The notes beneath the pieces are model-generated. The model was not told the DNA's origin and made no database searches. It worked only from the letters and a program-made list of their open reading frames with translations. 51,284 nucleotides of DNA from the NCBI GenBank assembly GCA_023392125.1, contig JAEVZS010000001.1, positions 1 through 51,284 of the forward strand, in the 5' to 3' direction. The stretch comes from Bacteroidota bacterium (GTDB lineage Bacteria > Bacteroidota > Bacteroidia > Cytophagales > Cytophagaceae). The first letter of the stretch is position 1, and each line of letters opens with the position of its first letter. A program made the translations under genes and the position numbers. Shown here piece by piece: positions 1-8,963 of this stretch.

Positions 1-11
1 AAATCAAGAAT

Positions 12-584
12 TCAGGAAAGCTGCTTTTTTCGTATCCGGCTAAACGTTTCCGGAGTCATGCCGAGCATGGAGGCGATGTATTGCAATGGCACCTGATTGA
101 ACAGTTCGCGGTTGTGCTCGAAGAAAAGCTGGTATCGTTCTTCGGCTGTCATGGATAGGTGGCTGAAAATCCGGTCCTCCAGCATGGTAAAGCAGTGACC
201 GATGAAAAGTTTTTCCAAAACCGGCCACTGAGGTACTGCATTTCCGATCTTCTGATAATCTTTCTTATGGATCGTAAAGATTTCCGTATCGGTCAGCGTC
301 TGAATGGTCCATCGGGCCGGATTGCCAAAAATAAAGCTGGCCAGATCGGTTATGAAATAGCCCTTGGCTGAAATCCACTGGGTAACTTCTCTTTTTTCGG
401 TTTCGACAAAAAATCGCACAAAGCCGGATTGTACAAAACTCAGCCGGTCGCATTGCTTGCCTGTATGTAGAAAGTAATCACCTTTTTTCAGCGTATCCGG
501 CTCAAAGCATGAGGTAATTGCTTTCAGATCTTCGGGAGTTATAACTCCAAAATAGGATTTTATGCTGTTTTCAAGTTCTGTCAT
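12..584 (-). CDS. Crp/Fnr family transcriptional regulator (cNMP-binding domain plus C-terminal HTH)
   Basis: 190 aa. The N-terminal beta-roll cNMP-binding signature is visible (FLHTGKQCDRLSFVQSGFVRFF) and the C-terminus carries an HTH (YIASMLGMTPETFSRIRKK). Assigned by family-level motif recognition only. Confidence 0.75.
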   Translation of the reverse strand: MTELENSIKSYFGVITPEDLKAITSCFEPDTLKKGDYFLHTGKQCDRLSFVQSGFVRFFVETEKREVTQWISAKGYFITDLASFIFGNPARWTIQTLTDTEIFTIHKKDYQKIGNAVPQWPVLEKLFIGHCFTMLEDRIFSHLSMTAEERYQLFFEHNRELFNQVPLQYIASMLGMTPETFSRIRKKQLS

Positions 585-900
585 GGGGCTGTTGCTTCAG
601 GAGTCTTTACATCTTTTTTTCAGAGTTTGCTTTTGCCATTTACTTGTCCAAATACCTGGATGCTTATGAGAAAAAAGATTGATATGCTTAATGGACTGAG
701 TATTATCTTTTTGATTATAAAACTTTGTCTATTGAATTAAAGAGTAATAGCTTGGGGCAATAATACATATTATTTAAATTCTAAACAGAAGGACAAGAGA
801 TTATTGATAATTGATTTATGGAGATAGGTCTATATGCAATTGAAACGATAGTGAATTTCCTGATTAGGAGATGTCTCAAAGTCTCAACTTTCAGTGCTCA

Positions 901-2169
901 CTACTCCTTCACCAGCACCTTATCCACCCGCTTGCCGTCCATGTCCACGACTTCGAAGGTAAAATGCCGCCATTGCACTTTCTCACCGGTTTCGGGGATA
1001 TGTCCCATGAGGTAGAGCAGCATGCCGCCAAGGGTGTAGAAGCCTTTGTCTTCGATATCTTCCGTATTTTCGACCTTGAAGTAGCGGAAAAACTCATCGA
1101 GAGAAATCAGGCCGTCGACCAGATAAGAGTTGTCGGAGCGTTTGACGATTTCGAGATTCTCACCGGTACGGTACAGAAGGCCGATCATCACCTTGAAAAG
1201 GTCATTGCTGGTCACCACCCCCATGATATGCCCAAACTCGTTGACCGCAATTGCGAAATAGCATTGGGCTTCTTTCATATGGTCCAGCAGCTTGAAGGCC
1301 TTGGTGTTTTCCAGCACAAAAAGCGGTTCGCTGAGCAGCGAGCGGAGATCAACCTGCTCATCCTGGAGATATCCCTGTATATAATCTTTCAGGCGCAGTA
1401 CTCCGATGATATTGTCCGTATTGCCTTCGTATACCGGAAAATGTGTCCGGGTGGATTCAGAAATAAGCTGCTTCTGCTTTTCCCGGTCATCCTCGATATT
1501 GAGCATAACCAGATCGTTGCGATGTGTCATCAGGGAGCCTACATCTGTATCACCCAGAAAAAAGACCCTGTCGACCATTTCCTTTTCTTCTTTTGCCACC
1601 TCCTGAGTCTGCTGCAGCATGTTGCGGATTTCTTCTTCCGTCACCTGATCGCCCTTGTCTGTTTTAATACGGAATATGAAAATCAGCACTTCGGTCGATT
1701 TGTCCAGCAGCCATACTGCCGGTCGCGCGATTACGGACAGCAGGTGCATGGGTATAGCCATGGCAGAGGCGATGCGCTCGGGAGCGCTCATAGCCAGTCT
1801 TTTCGGGAAAAGCTCACCAAGTATGAGGGTGAAGAAGGTAATAAGAACAACCACGATGACTCTGGAAAACAGCATGGCATTGGCAGCCAGGAGCGGTACA
1901 TCATCGAGGACTTTTTCGAGGGAGCGTGCTATGGAAGCGCCTCCGTATACACCGGTAAGGATACCGATCAGGGTGATTCCGATCTGAATGGTGGAGAGAA
2001 AACGGCCCGGCTGCTCGGCAAGTTCCGCGGCCTGTCTGGCTCCTTTGTGACCGGCGGCGGCTTTGTTGCTTAACTTGAATTTTTTGGAAGAAAGCAGCGC
2101 AATCTCCGACATGGAAAACAGTCCGTTGAGCAATATCAGGGCGAGTATAATCAGCGACTCAATCAGCAT
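901..2169 (-). CDS. HlyC/CorC (CNNM/TlyC) family transporter: DUF21 membrane domain, CBS pair, CorC_HlyC C-terminal domain
   Basis: 422 aa. The N-terminal TM helices have the DUF21 pattern (LNGLFSMSEIALLSSKK). A central CBS pair and a C-terminal transporter-associated domain follow. The antisense 400-aa ORF at 871..2073 is a shadow ORF. Confidence 0.8.
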   Translation of the reverse strand: MLIESLIILALILLNGLFSMSEIALLSSKKFKLSNKAAAGHKGARQAAELAEQPGRFLSTIQIGITLIGILTGVYGGASIARSLEKVLDDVPLLAANAMLFSRVIVVVLITFFTLILGELFPKRLAMSAPERIASAMAIPMHLLSVIARPAVWLLDKSTEVLIFIFRIKTDKGDQVTEEEIRNMLQQTQEVAKEEKEMVDRVFFLGDTDVGSLMTHRNDLVMLNIEDDREKQKQLISESTRTHFPVYEGNTDNIIGVLRLKDYIQGYLQDEQVDLRSLLSEPLFVLENTKAFKLLDHMKEAQCYFAIAVNEFGHIMGVVTSNDLFKVMIGLLYRTGENLEIVKRSDNSYLVDGLISLDEFFRYFKVENTEDIEDKGFYTLGGMLLYLMGHIPETGEKVQWRHFTFEVVDMDGKRVDKVLVKE

Positions 2170-2401
2170 GGCTATATGAAGATCCCGTACAGATTAAAAA
2201 GTACTGATGTGGATTTTTTACACAGAATAACTCCCTGGTATAGACTGCTCATAGATTTTGCTCTTTAACAATTGCAAACTGCCATGAGGCAATCTTGTTG
2301 GTCTGGAAGATTTTTTTTTACGGGAAAAGCGGGAGAGGTGCCTATGTGAAATGTTGCCGGAGCGGTTTAAACCGGCGACGAATCTCTCTCATTCATTCTT
2401 A

Positions 2402-2435
2402 TAAAAAAAGCCACCCTTTGAAGAGTGGCTTTTTA
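2402..2435. terminator. Bidirectional intrinsic terminator (AAAAAAA-AGCCAC-loop-GTGGCT-TTTTT)
   Basis: A 6-bp GC-containing stem is flanked by an A-run on one side and a T-run on the other. It lies downstream of ilvC on the minus strand. Confidence 0.6.
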
Positions 2436-2464
2436 TGATTTATCCGGTTTACAGCAAACCGGGA

Positions 2465-3946
2465 TTATCCAAGGCTGATCTGCTTCATGGAAGTCATTGC
2501 TTCACGAAGCTCTGCACCCACGATTTCGATCGGGTGGTTGCGGATGATCTCGTTTACAAGGATAAGCGTTTTGTTGTCTACACCGTTGTCTTTGCCTTCG
2601 TTGTAGTTACGCCCGATTACATCGGTATCGATTTTAGCCATAAAGTCTTTTAGCAAAGGCTTGCAGGCATGGTCAAACAGGTAGCATCCGTACTCGGCAG
2701 TATCGGAGATTACTCTGTTCATTTCGTATAACTTCTTACGGGCGATGGTATTGGCGATAAGCGGAGTTTCATGGAGAGACTCGTAGTATGCGGACTCTTC
2801 GATGATACCGGCTTCGGTCATGGTTTCGAACGCAAGCTCTACACCAGCTCTTACCATGGCTACCATTAGCAGGCCATTGTCATAGTATTCCTGCTCAGTG
2901 ATTCTGACATCACCAGCCGGAGTTTTCTCAAACGCAGTCTCAGCGGTAGCGGCTCTCCAGGTAAGCAGGTTTTTGTCATCGTTTGCCCAGTCTTCCATCA
3001 TGGTCTTGGAAAATTCTCCGCTCATGATATCATCCTGATGCTTCTGAAACAGAGGACGCATGATTTCTTTCAGCTCTTCAGACAGCTCAAGCGCCTTGAT
3101 TTTTGCAGGATTGCTCAGTCTGTCCATCATGGCAGTGATACCGCCATGCTTCAGCGACTCGGTGATTACTTCCCAGCCGTACTGGATAAGTTTGGCAGCA
3201 TAACCGGCATTGATACCTTTTTCCACCATTTTGTCAAAGCAAAGGATAGAACCTGTCTGCAACAAACCGCAAAGGATGGTTTGCTCACCCATAAGGTCAG
3301 ATTTAACCTCTGCCACAAAGGAAGATTTCAATACACCGGCTCTGTCTCCGCCTGTACCTGCGCAGTATGCCATAGCATAATCCCAGCCTTTTCCTTCGGG
3401 ATCGTTTTCAGGATGCACAGCGATAAGAGTGGGTACGCCGAATCCTCTTTTATATTCTTCTCTTACTTCAGAACCTGGTGATTTCGGAGCCACCATGATT
3501 ACAGTGATGTCCTTACGGATCTGCATGCCTTCCTCCACGATGTTGAATCCGTGAGAATAGGAAAGCGCAGCACCTTTTTTCATAAGCGGCATTACCGCGT
3601 TGATTACAGAAGTATGCTGCTTGTCAGGAGTAAGGTTGATCACAAGGTCGGCAGAAGGAATCAGTTCTTCATACGTTCCTACTTTAAACCCGTTTTCACT
3701 GGCGTTTTTCCACGACTGTCTTTTCTCTGCGATAGCCTCTTTTCTCAAGGCATAGGAAATATCGAGTCCTGAATCACGAAGGTTCAGTCCCTGATTCAAT
3801 CCCTGTGCGCCACAGCCAACGATCACGATTTTCTTTCCTTTTAGTGCGTTTACGCCATCAGCAAACTCGCTGCTGTCCATAAATTCACATACCCCAAGCT
3901 GGTTCAGTTTCTCACGAAGAGGAAGTGTATTAAAATAATTAGCCAT
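2465..3946 (-). CDS. ilvC: Ketol-acid reductoisomerase, class II (long form)
   Basis: The protein from [23 protein letters not shown] onward matches the canonical N-terminus of enterobacterial-type IlvC, including the Rossmann motif [12 protein letters not shown]. The ORF table extends 24 codons further upstream to 4018. I place the start at the ATG encoding MANYF (minus-strand coordinate 3946). Confidence 0.9.
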   Translation of the reverse strand: MANYFNTLPLREKLNQLGVCEFMDSSEFADGVNALKGKKIVIVGCGAQGLNQGLNLRDSGLDISYALRKEAIAEKRQSWKNASENGFKVGTYEELIPSADLVINLTPDKQHTSVINAVMPLMKKGAALSYSHGFNIVEEGMQIRKDITVIMVAPKSPGSEVREEYKRGFGVPTLIAVHPENDPEGKGWDYAMAYCAGTGGDRAGVLKSSFVAEVKSDLMGEQTILCGLLQTGSILCFDKMVEKGINAGYAAKLIQYGWEVITESLKHGGITAMMDRLSNPAKIKALELSEELKEIMRPLFQKHQDDIMSGEFSKTMMEDWANDDKNLLTWRAATAETAFEKTPAGDVRITEQEYYDNGLLMVAMVRAGVELAFETMTEAGIIEESAYYESLHETPLIANTIARKKLYEMNRVISDTAEYGCYLFDHACKPLLKDFMAKIDTDVIGRNYNEGKDNGVDNKTLILVNEIIRNHPIEIVGAELREAMTSMKQISLG

Positions 3947-4181
3947 TATTACTTGTATGTTTATTTTTTTAAACTTTCTGAGTTTTTCAGGATTACAAAG
4001 CTGCGAATATTTCTTCAATAAGAAATAAAACTATTGAGATTTATTTAGGTACTTTTTATGGATTTTGACCGGACATGCAATCCTGTACAGATTCCTGTAA
4101 AGATTAAAATTTCTTTACTATGAAATGCTTAAAGAATGGTGCTTATCATGGCAGTCCGCTGCATGCTGAAGCTCCCGAAGC

Positions 4182-4688
4182 CTACAGATCGTACAGGATT
4201 CCGCCCCGTATCACAGGCATGTTGTTGGGATTATTCTTGTCCTGGAGCACATCATATAGTATAGAAGCCTGGACGCGGGTCTTGTCATTGAGCCTGGTTT
4301 CGTATCCGGCTCCTACAGGCAGTGATATAGTCCAGACTCTGTCGTGTATGCGGGTGCCATCGGCAAATACAGAAGTTGTCTGGGTATTGAGTGTCTGAAA
4401 CTCGGCATGCAGAAAAGCGTTTTCGATCAGATGATACTGTCCGAATACCCGTGCACCCATCGAAAAAAACTGCTGGTCCGAATTGTCCGGTTTTTTGTAG
4501 GAGAAAATAGGAGAAACTCCGCCATTGAATGCCTCGAGCCGGTAACCGACCACAGGAGCGATATCGGCGTATACTCCATTGTCATAACTGACACTGACAT
4601 TGCCACCGGTGAATACCTGAGCGCTGACACCTGCAGAAAAAGCGAGAGACAGGCAGATGAAAACGAAAATTCTGAAAATAATTTGCAC
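4182..4688 (-). CDS. Hypothetical secreted protein, possible small outer-membrane beta-barrel
   Basis: 168 aa. There is an N-terminal signal peptide (ICLSLAFSAGVSAQ). The mature part has alternating hydrophobic/polar beta-strand-like segments and an aromatic C-terminal residue pattern. No family assigned. Confidence 0.4.
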   Translation of the reverse strand: MQIIFRIFVFICLSLAFSAGVSAQVFTGGNVSVSYDNGVYADIAPVVGYRLEAFNGGVSPIFSYKKPDNSDQQFFSMGARVFGQYHLIENAFLHAEFQTLNTQTTSVFADGTRIHDRVWTISLPVGAGYETRLNDKTRVQASILYDVLQDKNNPNNMPVIRGGILYDL

Positions 4689-4714
4689 GATTGTTTACTT
4701 GATTTTGATGGATA

Positions 4715-6967
4715 TTATTCTGTTTTTGATAGTATGGCTGTACCCAGAGGGCGCAGATCCTTTTTCTGAACAAATTCACTTTCGCCGCTTCCCTGACTGC
4801 GTATTGTATAGAGGTGAATATACAATGCCGGGGCCTTGCGGAAGGAAGGATGAAGCTTCTCAAATTTAAAAATAAAATCCTGATCTGTTTTGCCCGAACC
4901 GGTAAATATCGGTGCGGATGTCCGTAATTTGAACCAGTAGGGGTCGTTATAGGCTTCCCCGCTTTTTCTGGAGATACAGGATACGACAATGCGGTCGTAA
5001 ATGAGCCCTTCGGCTGTACCGGAAAAATACTGTCTGAAAGCCTGATTGGTCTGAGAAGCCCGGAGCACTACTTTTTTGTCTACAAACGTGTGAGGCATGG
5101 TATTGCCGGCAACCATTCGTACCATAAAATGCCGGAAGTCAAACGACTCTCCTTCCTGAATTTCGTAGACTGTTCTGAACGGAAAAGGAGCCCAGTAACC
5201 CCGTACCAGATCCATGCTGGCCAGTCTGTCGGCATAGTACAGAATCAGAATACCGCCGATGACAAGAGAAGCATCGAGTGTCTGATTGGCCATAGAAGGA
5301 CCGTTTTCCCAGGCCACGATTATGTATTGAAGGATGAGTATGCTGATGAGAGAAAGAGAGACAAACATTTGCAGTTTGCCGGCATGCAGACGTGTCTGAT
5401 AGGTAAAAGAAGGCGAATTGTTCAGGCAGTTATTGATAATGATGATCCAGATGGAAATGCTCAGTACAAAGACAAACAGAAACAATGGCAGTATTTTGAT
5501 CACCAGAAAATAATCGTACAGTCCGTGCATGACAGAGCCAAGCAGGAAAGACAGCAGAAACCCGGCTACCGGATGCAGATTCTGATACCGGTATCGGGAC
5601 AGAGCAAGTCCGTAGGCAACTATGGACGAGTCGATCATATGAGTAGGTACGGCTGTCATTGCCCGGCCGTGAATAATACCGTTGAGCGATCCGCTGAAGT
5701 AAAGTAGGTTTTCGATAAAAGCAAAGCCCAACGCTGATACGGCGGCATAGAGTATATAGTCGTATGGCTCATTGACGATCCGCGGAGACCACCACAATAT
5801 AAGCAGCAAAGGTATGATCTTGACAAATTCTTCGACCGCGCCGACCCTGAAAATATAAAACATCAGCAGGTCCCAAAGATCGTTGCCTTCAGCAAAATTG
5901 AAATTGAATTCCAGAAAGTCGGAAATATAAAATGTCAAGAATGAAAATATCATTCCGCCCAGCAGCGTCAGGGCAATATGGAGCTTATGTTCCTTTTCGA
6001 AAATATCCAGACCTACAATATAGACGAGCCAGACAATCATAATGCAGAAAGCGGCTATAAATCCGGTTATCTTGAAATTGCGGGCTACTATATTTAATGT
6101 GTCAAACAGGTAATGGATCAGGTAGTTGTATTTGAAGAAAAGATGACGGGCCATCTCATTAGGAATAAACGAGCTGGTTTCCGAATTGGTAGCCAGGCTG
6201 AGCAGCTTGTCCTCCTGATTGTTCAGGGAATAAAGATGCACCAGCTGCTCCATGCAAGAGGGATATTCCCGGTTTTTGAACCGTGTAGCCAGTTCGAAGT
6301 GCCGGATAGCCATACTGGTATCGCCATAGGCCAGATACGATTTGCCCAGATAATTGTGGACATAGGGTATGGAGTCGGTCGTTATGCTTTGAAGATACTG
6401 GAGCGCTTTGTCGTATTCTTTCTGGTGATAGCTGATAATGCCCATTCCCAGGTAACCAATATTGACATACAGACTGTCACTGAGAAACAGCTGGTTGAAG
6501 TATATATTGGTCATGTCATAATCATCCCGGCTATATTGCCGGTGATTGATCTCCCAGGTATCCGGAATTCTGAAATGGTGATATATATAATCGTACTGGG
6601 CTTCTATGTTGGTAATATCCGATTCTGCCAGTATTTTTCTTTTTTCATCTTTCTGCAAAAGGTTCTCTATACCGGGCGGAGGCTGTCCGGGCTGAAAATG
6701 ATCCCTGTCTGAGAGAAAGATATTCACAAAAAGGAAAGCTGATGTAAATATGGACAGGGTAATACCGGTAGTTCTGGTAAGACTGGAGCGCAAAAAGGAT
6801 TTTCTGTCTTTGCTGGTGTAATACAGGTAGGCAAAATAAAAACAGAGTGCAACCAGCAGCCAGAAGTAAAAAGACCGTCCGGCAAAGAACGTTCTTTTGG
6901 CTGCTTCCTGTGCGGAACAGAGCACCGGCAGCAATAGTAAACAAACCAGCGAAGCAGATTTATGCAT
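4715..6967 (-). CDS. PrsW-like intramembrane metalloprotease with N-terminal TPR-like region and C-terminal soluble extension
   Basis: About 750 aa. A signal peptide is followed by TPR-like repeats (YDKALQYLQ..., AIRHFELATRF). A polytopic membrane core carries motifs matching the PrsW/CAAX-protease signature: EEFVK (EExxK), FAFIE (FxxxE) and HGLYD (HxxxD). A ~200-aa cytoplasmic tail follows. The first in-frame ATG is at minus-strand coordinate 6967; the table ORF begins at a GTG at 6973. Confidence 0.5.
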   Translation of the reverse strand: MHKSASLVCLLLLPVLCSAQEAAKRTFFAGRSFYFWLLVALCFYFAYLYYTSKDRKSFLRSSLTRTTGITLSIFTSAFLFVNIFLSDRDHFQPGQPPPGIENLLQKDEKRKILAESDITNIEAQYDYIYHHFRIPDTWEINHRQYSRDDYDMTNIYFNQLFLSDSLYVNIGYLGMGIISYHQKEYDKALQYLQSITTDSIPYVHNYLGKSYLAYGDTSMAIRHFELATRFKNREYPSCMEQLVHLYSLNNQEDKLLSLATNSETSSFIPNEMARHLFFKYNYLIHYLFDTLNIVARNFKITGFIAAFCIMIVWLVYIVGLDIFEKEHKLHIALTLLGGMIFSFLTFYISDFLEFNFNFAEGNDLWDLLMFYIFRVGAVEEFVKIIPLLLILWWSPRIVNEPYDYILYAAVSALGFAFIENLLYFSGSLNGIIHGRAMTAVPTHMIDSSIVAYGLALSRYRYQNLHPVAGFLLSFLLGSVMHGLYDYFLVIKILPLFLFVFVLSISIWIIIINNCLNNSPSFTYQTRLHAGKLQMFVSLSLISILILQYIIVAWENGPSMANQTLDASLVIGGILILYYADRLASMDLVRGYWAPFPFRTVYEIQEGESFDFRHFMVRMVAGNTMPHTFVDKKVVLRASQTNQAFRQYFSGTAEGLIYDRIVVSCISRKSGEAYNDPYWFKLRTSAPIFTGSGKTDQDFIFKFEKLHPSFRKAPALYIHLYTIRSQGSGESEFVQKKDLRPLGTAILSKTE

Positions 6968-7106
6968 CAACACTTGTCAGCGTTTATTCGTTTTTTTGAT
7001 TAAAAGTTACCTTTTTATCAGAAAATTGTAGAAAGATAATAAACAATAGGGTATTTTTAAGAATAAAAGCAGAGTATTTGTTTGTTCAACAGCCCGGATT
7101 ATTACT

Positions 7107-7925
7107 GTGAAAGATTATTATGCCATGTTGGGCGTGTCCAGGCATGCCTCGGAAGATGAAATAAAAAAAGCCTATCGAAGGCTGGCTTTCAGGTATCATC
7201 CTGACAAAAATCCCGGAGAAGCTGCCAGGGTAAAAATGCAGGAGATCAATGAGGCATACGATGTGCTGGGTGATATTAATAAAAAGTATAATTACGATTT
7301 ACGATACGACTATCGAAAGAGCCCTGCTTTCCGGAACCGGTCTGCACAGGGACAGCAGACTTCAACCAAAACGCAGCGCCAGACTCAGACGAGAACACAG
7401 GAGCGCAGGCAACCCGCAGGAAAAGCTTCGGGAAGCCCGCGTCCGCCATTTCGTAAAACTCCATATTATAACTATAAGGAACTGGCTCAGAAGGCCCGCT
7501 TCATATCTGCATTTTTTCTGTTTTACTGCTGTCTTCTTTCCCTGGATTATTTTATTCCGGCCAGATTTGATCAGGCACAGGTACGGCGTCTGATCAAAAC
7601 AGGAGCCAAGGAAACGTATCTGGTTATAACAGATCTGGTTGATTTTCATGTCCGCTGTCACGGACTGAGCTTTTCTGCCAATGATCTGGTCAATGTTGAG
7701 ATCACGCCGATATTCGGCATTGTCACTCAGATGCAGGTCAACGCCACTGCCGGCTATACATACAATGTGAGTGTCAGTTCGGTATACTCTCCGGTCTATT
7801 TCTTCGTTTTGATTGTAATGACTCTATCTGTTGGGGCTATTTATACAAAAAATAGTCAGCAGGCCTGCGTATTGACATTTGTTGCGGCCTTCTGCTCTCT
7901 TATAACAGTGCTTATCATTTATTAA
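7107..7925 (+). CDS. J-domain (DnaJ-like) protein with hydrophobic C-terminal region
   Basis: The N-terminal J domain is clear, including the HPD motif ([33 protein letters not shown]). A low-complexity Q/T/R-rich linker follows. The C-terminal segment is hydrophobic ([24 protein letters not shown]). Confidence 0.75.
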   Translation: MKDYYAMLGVSRHASEDEIKKAYRRLAFRYHPDKNPGEAARVKMQEINEAYDVLGDINKKYNYDLRYDYRKSPAFRNRSAQGQQTSTKTQRQTQTRTQERRQPAGKASGSPRPPFRKTPYYNYKELAQKARFISAFFLFYCCLLSLDYFIPARFDQAQVRRLIKTGAKETYLVITDLVDFHVRCHGLSFSANDLVNVEITPIFGIVTQMQVNATAGYTYNVSVSSVYSPVYFFVLIVMTLSVGAIYTKNSQQACVLTFVAAFCSLITVLIIY

Positions 7926-7941
7926 TCCGGGGTTTTCGCAT

Positions 7942-8607
7942 ATGAGCAAATGGATCGTGCGTTTTCTGTATCTGCTCCTCAGTCTGCCGGTATGCTATCT
8001 GGTACTGGTTCTGATTTTGTCTTCTGTGCCGGTCAATCCGGTGGAGACTGGCCCGATACCGGAAGACGGAGTATTGATTTATGTGCGTAGCAACGGTGCT
8101 CATACGGACCTGGTGGTACCGGTCCGAAATGCTATCCGCGACTGGCAGGAGCTGATCGATTTTGATGATTACCGGGAGAGTAATTACCGCTATATAGCAT
8201 TTGGCTGGGGCGACAAGGGGTTTTATCTCAACACACCGACATGGGCAGATCTGAAAATGTCCACTGCGGTCAATGCGCTGTCCGGAAGAGGGGGGACAGC
8301 ATTGCACGTAACTTTGTATTCCGGTATGGCAGAATCGGACCATACCCGGGCCGTTTGGCTGACATCGGAACAATATCACAATCTGTCGGCTCACATAGAA
8401 GAGGCTTTTTACCGCTCCGAAACGGGAGATCCGGTCCGGATAGATGCCGTTGCGTATACATCTGGCTATGACCATTTTTATGAAGCTTCGGGAACATATT
8501 CCTGTTTTTATACATGTAATAGCTGGACCAACGAGGGATTGAAAAAGGCCGGAGTACGAACCGCCTTATGGGCTCCTGTTGAGTGGTCGGTGATGCGTTA
8601 CCGCTGA
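7942..8607 (+). CDS. Conserved hypothetical protein (resembles the TIGR02117/DUF2459 family), N-terminal TM anchor
   Basis: 221 aa with an N-terminal TM helix. The family assignment is from memory of the family and was not verified by search. Confidence 0.4.
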   Translation: MSKWIVRFLYLLLSLPVCYLVLVLILSSVPVNPVETGPIPEDGVLIYVRSNGAHTDLVVPVRNAIRDWQELIDFDDYRESNYRYIAFGWGDKGFYLNTPTWADLKMSTAVNALSGRGGTALHVTLYSGMAESDHTRAVWLTSEQYHNLSAHIEEAFYRSETGDPVRIDAVAYTSGYDHFYEASGTYSCFYTCNSWTNEGLKKAGVRTALWAPVEWSVMRYR

Positions 8608-8963
8608 ATTGATTTATATGATCAGGCGCTTGAGCGGAAGTATACGATTGTGTGTAAAATATCTGATAGTCATTTGGTTGATTTGTATATAAGAATAAGC
8701 TACATCAACCACCCTACACCAGCTGTTCATTTTTTCCGTTTCTTTCTTCAGCAGGGTGTCCGGTGCCTCGGTAAGCTCAGTCAGCGTCGCGATCTTTGAG
8801 CCCTAAACCTCAAACTTATTTCTATTAACGGGTTAAAATATCTGTAAATCAATAGGTGATTAATTAGTCTTGCGATCCTGCGGATTTATTTTAACTTTCC
8901 TGTACTTTCCTTTTAACTTTCTGTGGGCTGCACTGTTTTGATTGGCAAGGAATCGATTTAATT

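Noticed and set aside
871-2073. 400-aa + strand ORF fully overlapping the TlyC-family gene
   Set aside because: It is antisense to a well-supported CDS and its sequence is low-complexity (H/L/F-rich) with no domain. This is a typical shadow ORF.
3038-3772. + strand ORFs of 147 and 73 aa inside ilvC
   Set aside because: They are antisense to a high-confidence conserved CDS and are shadow ORFs.
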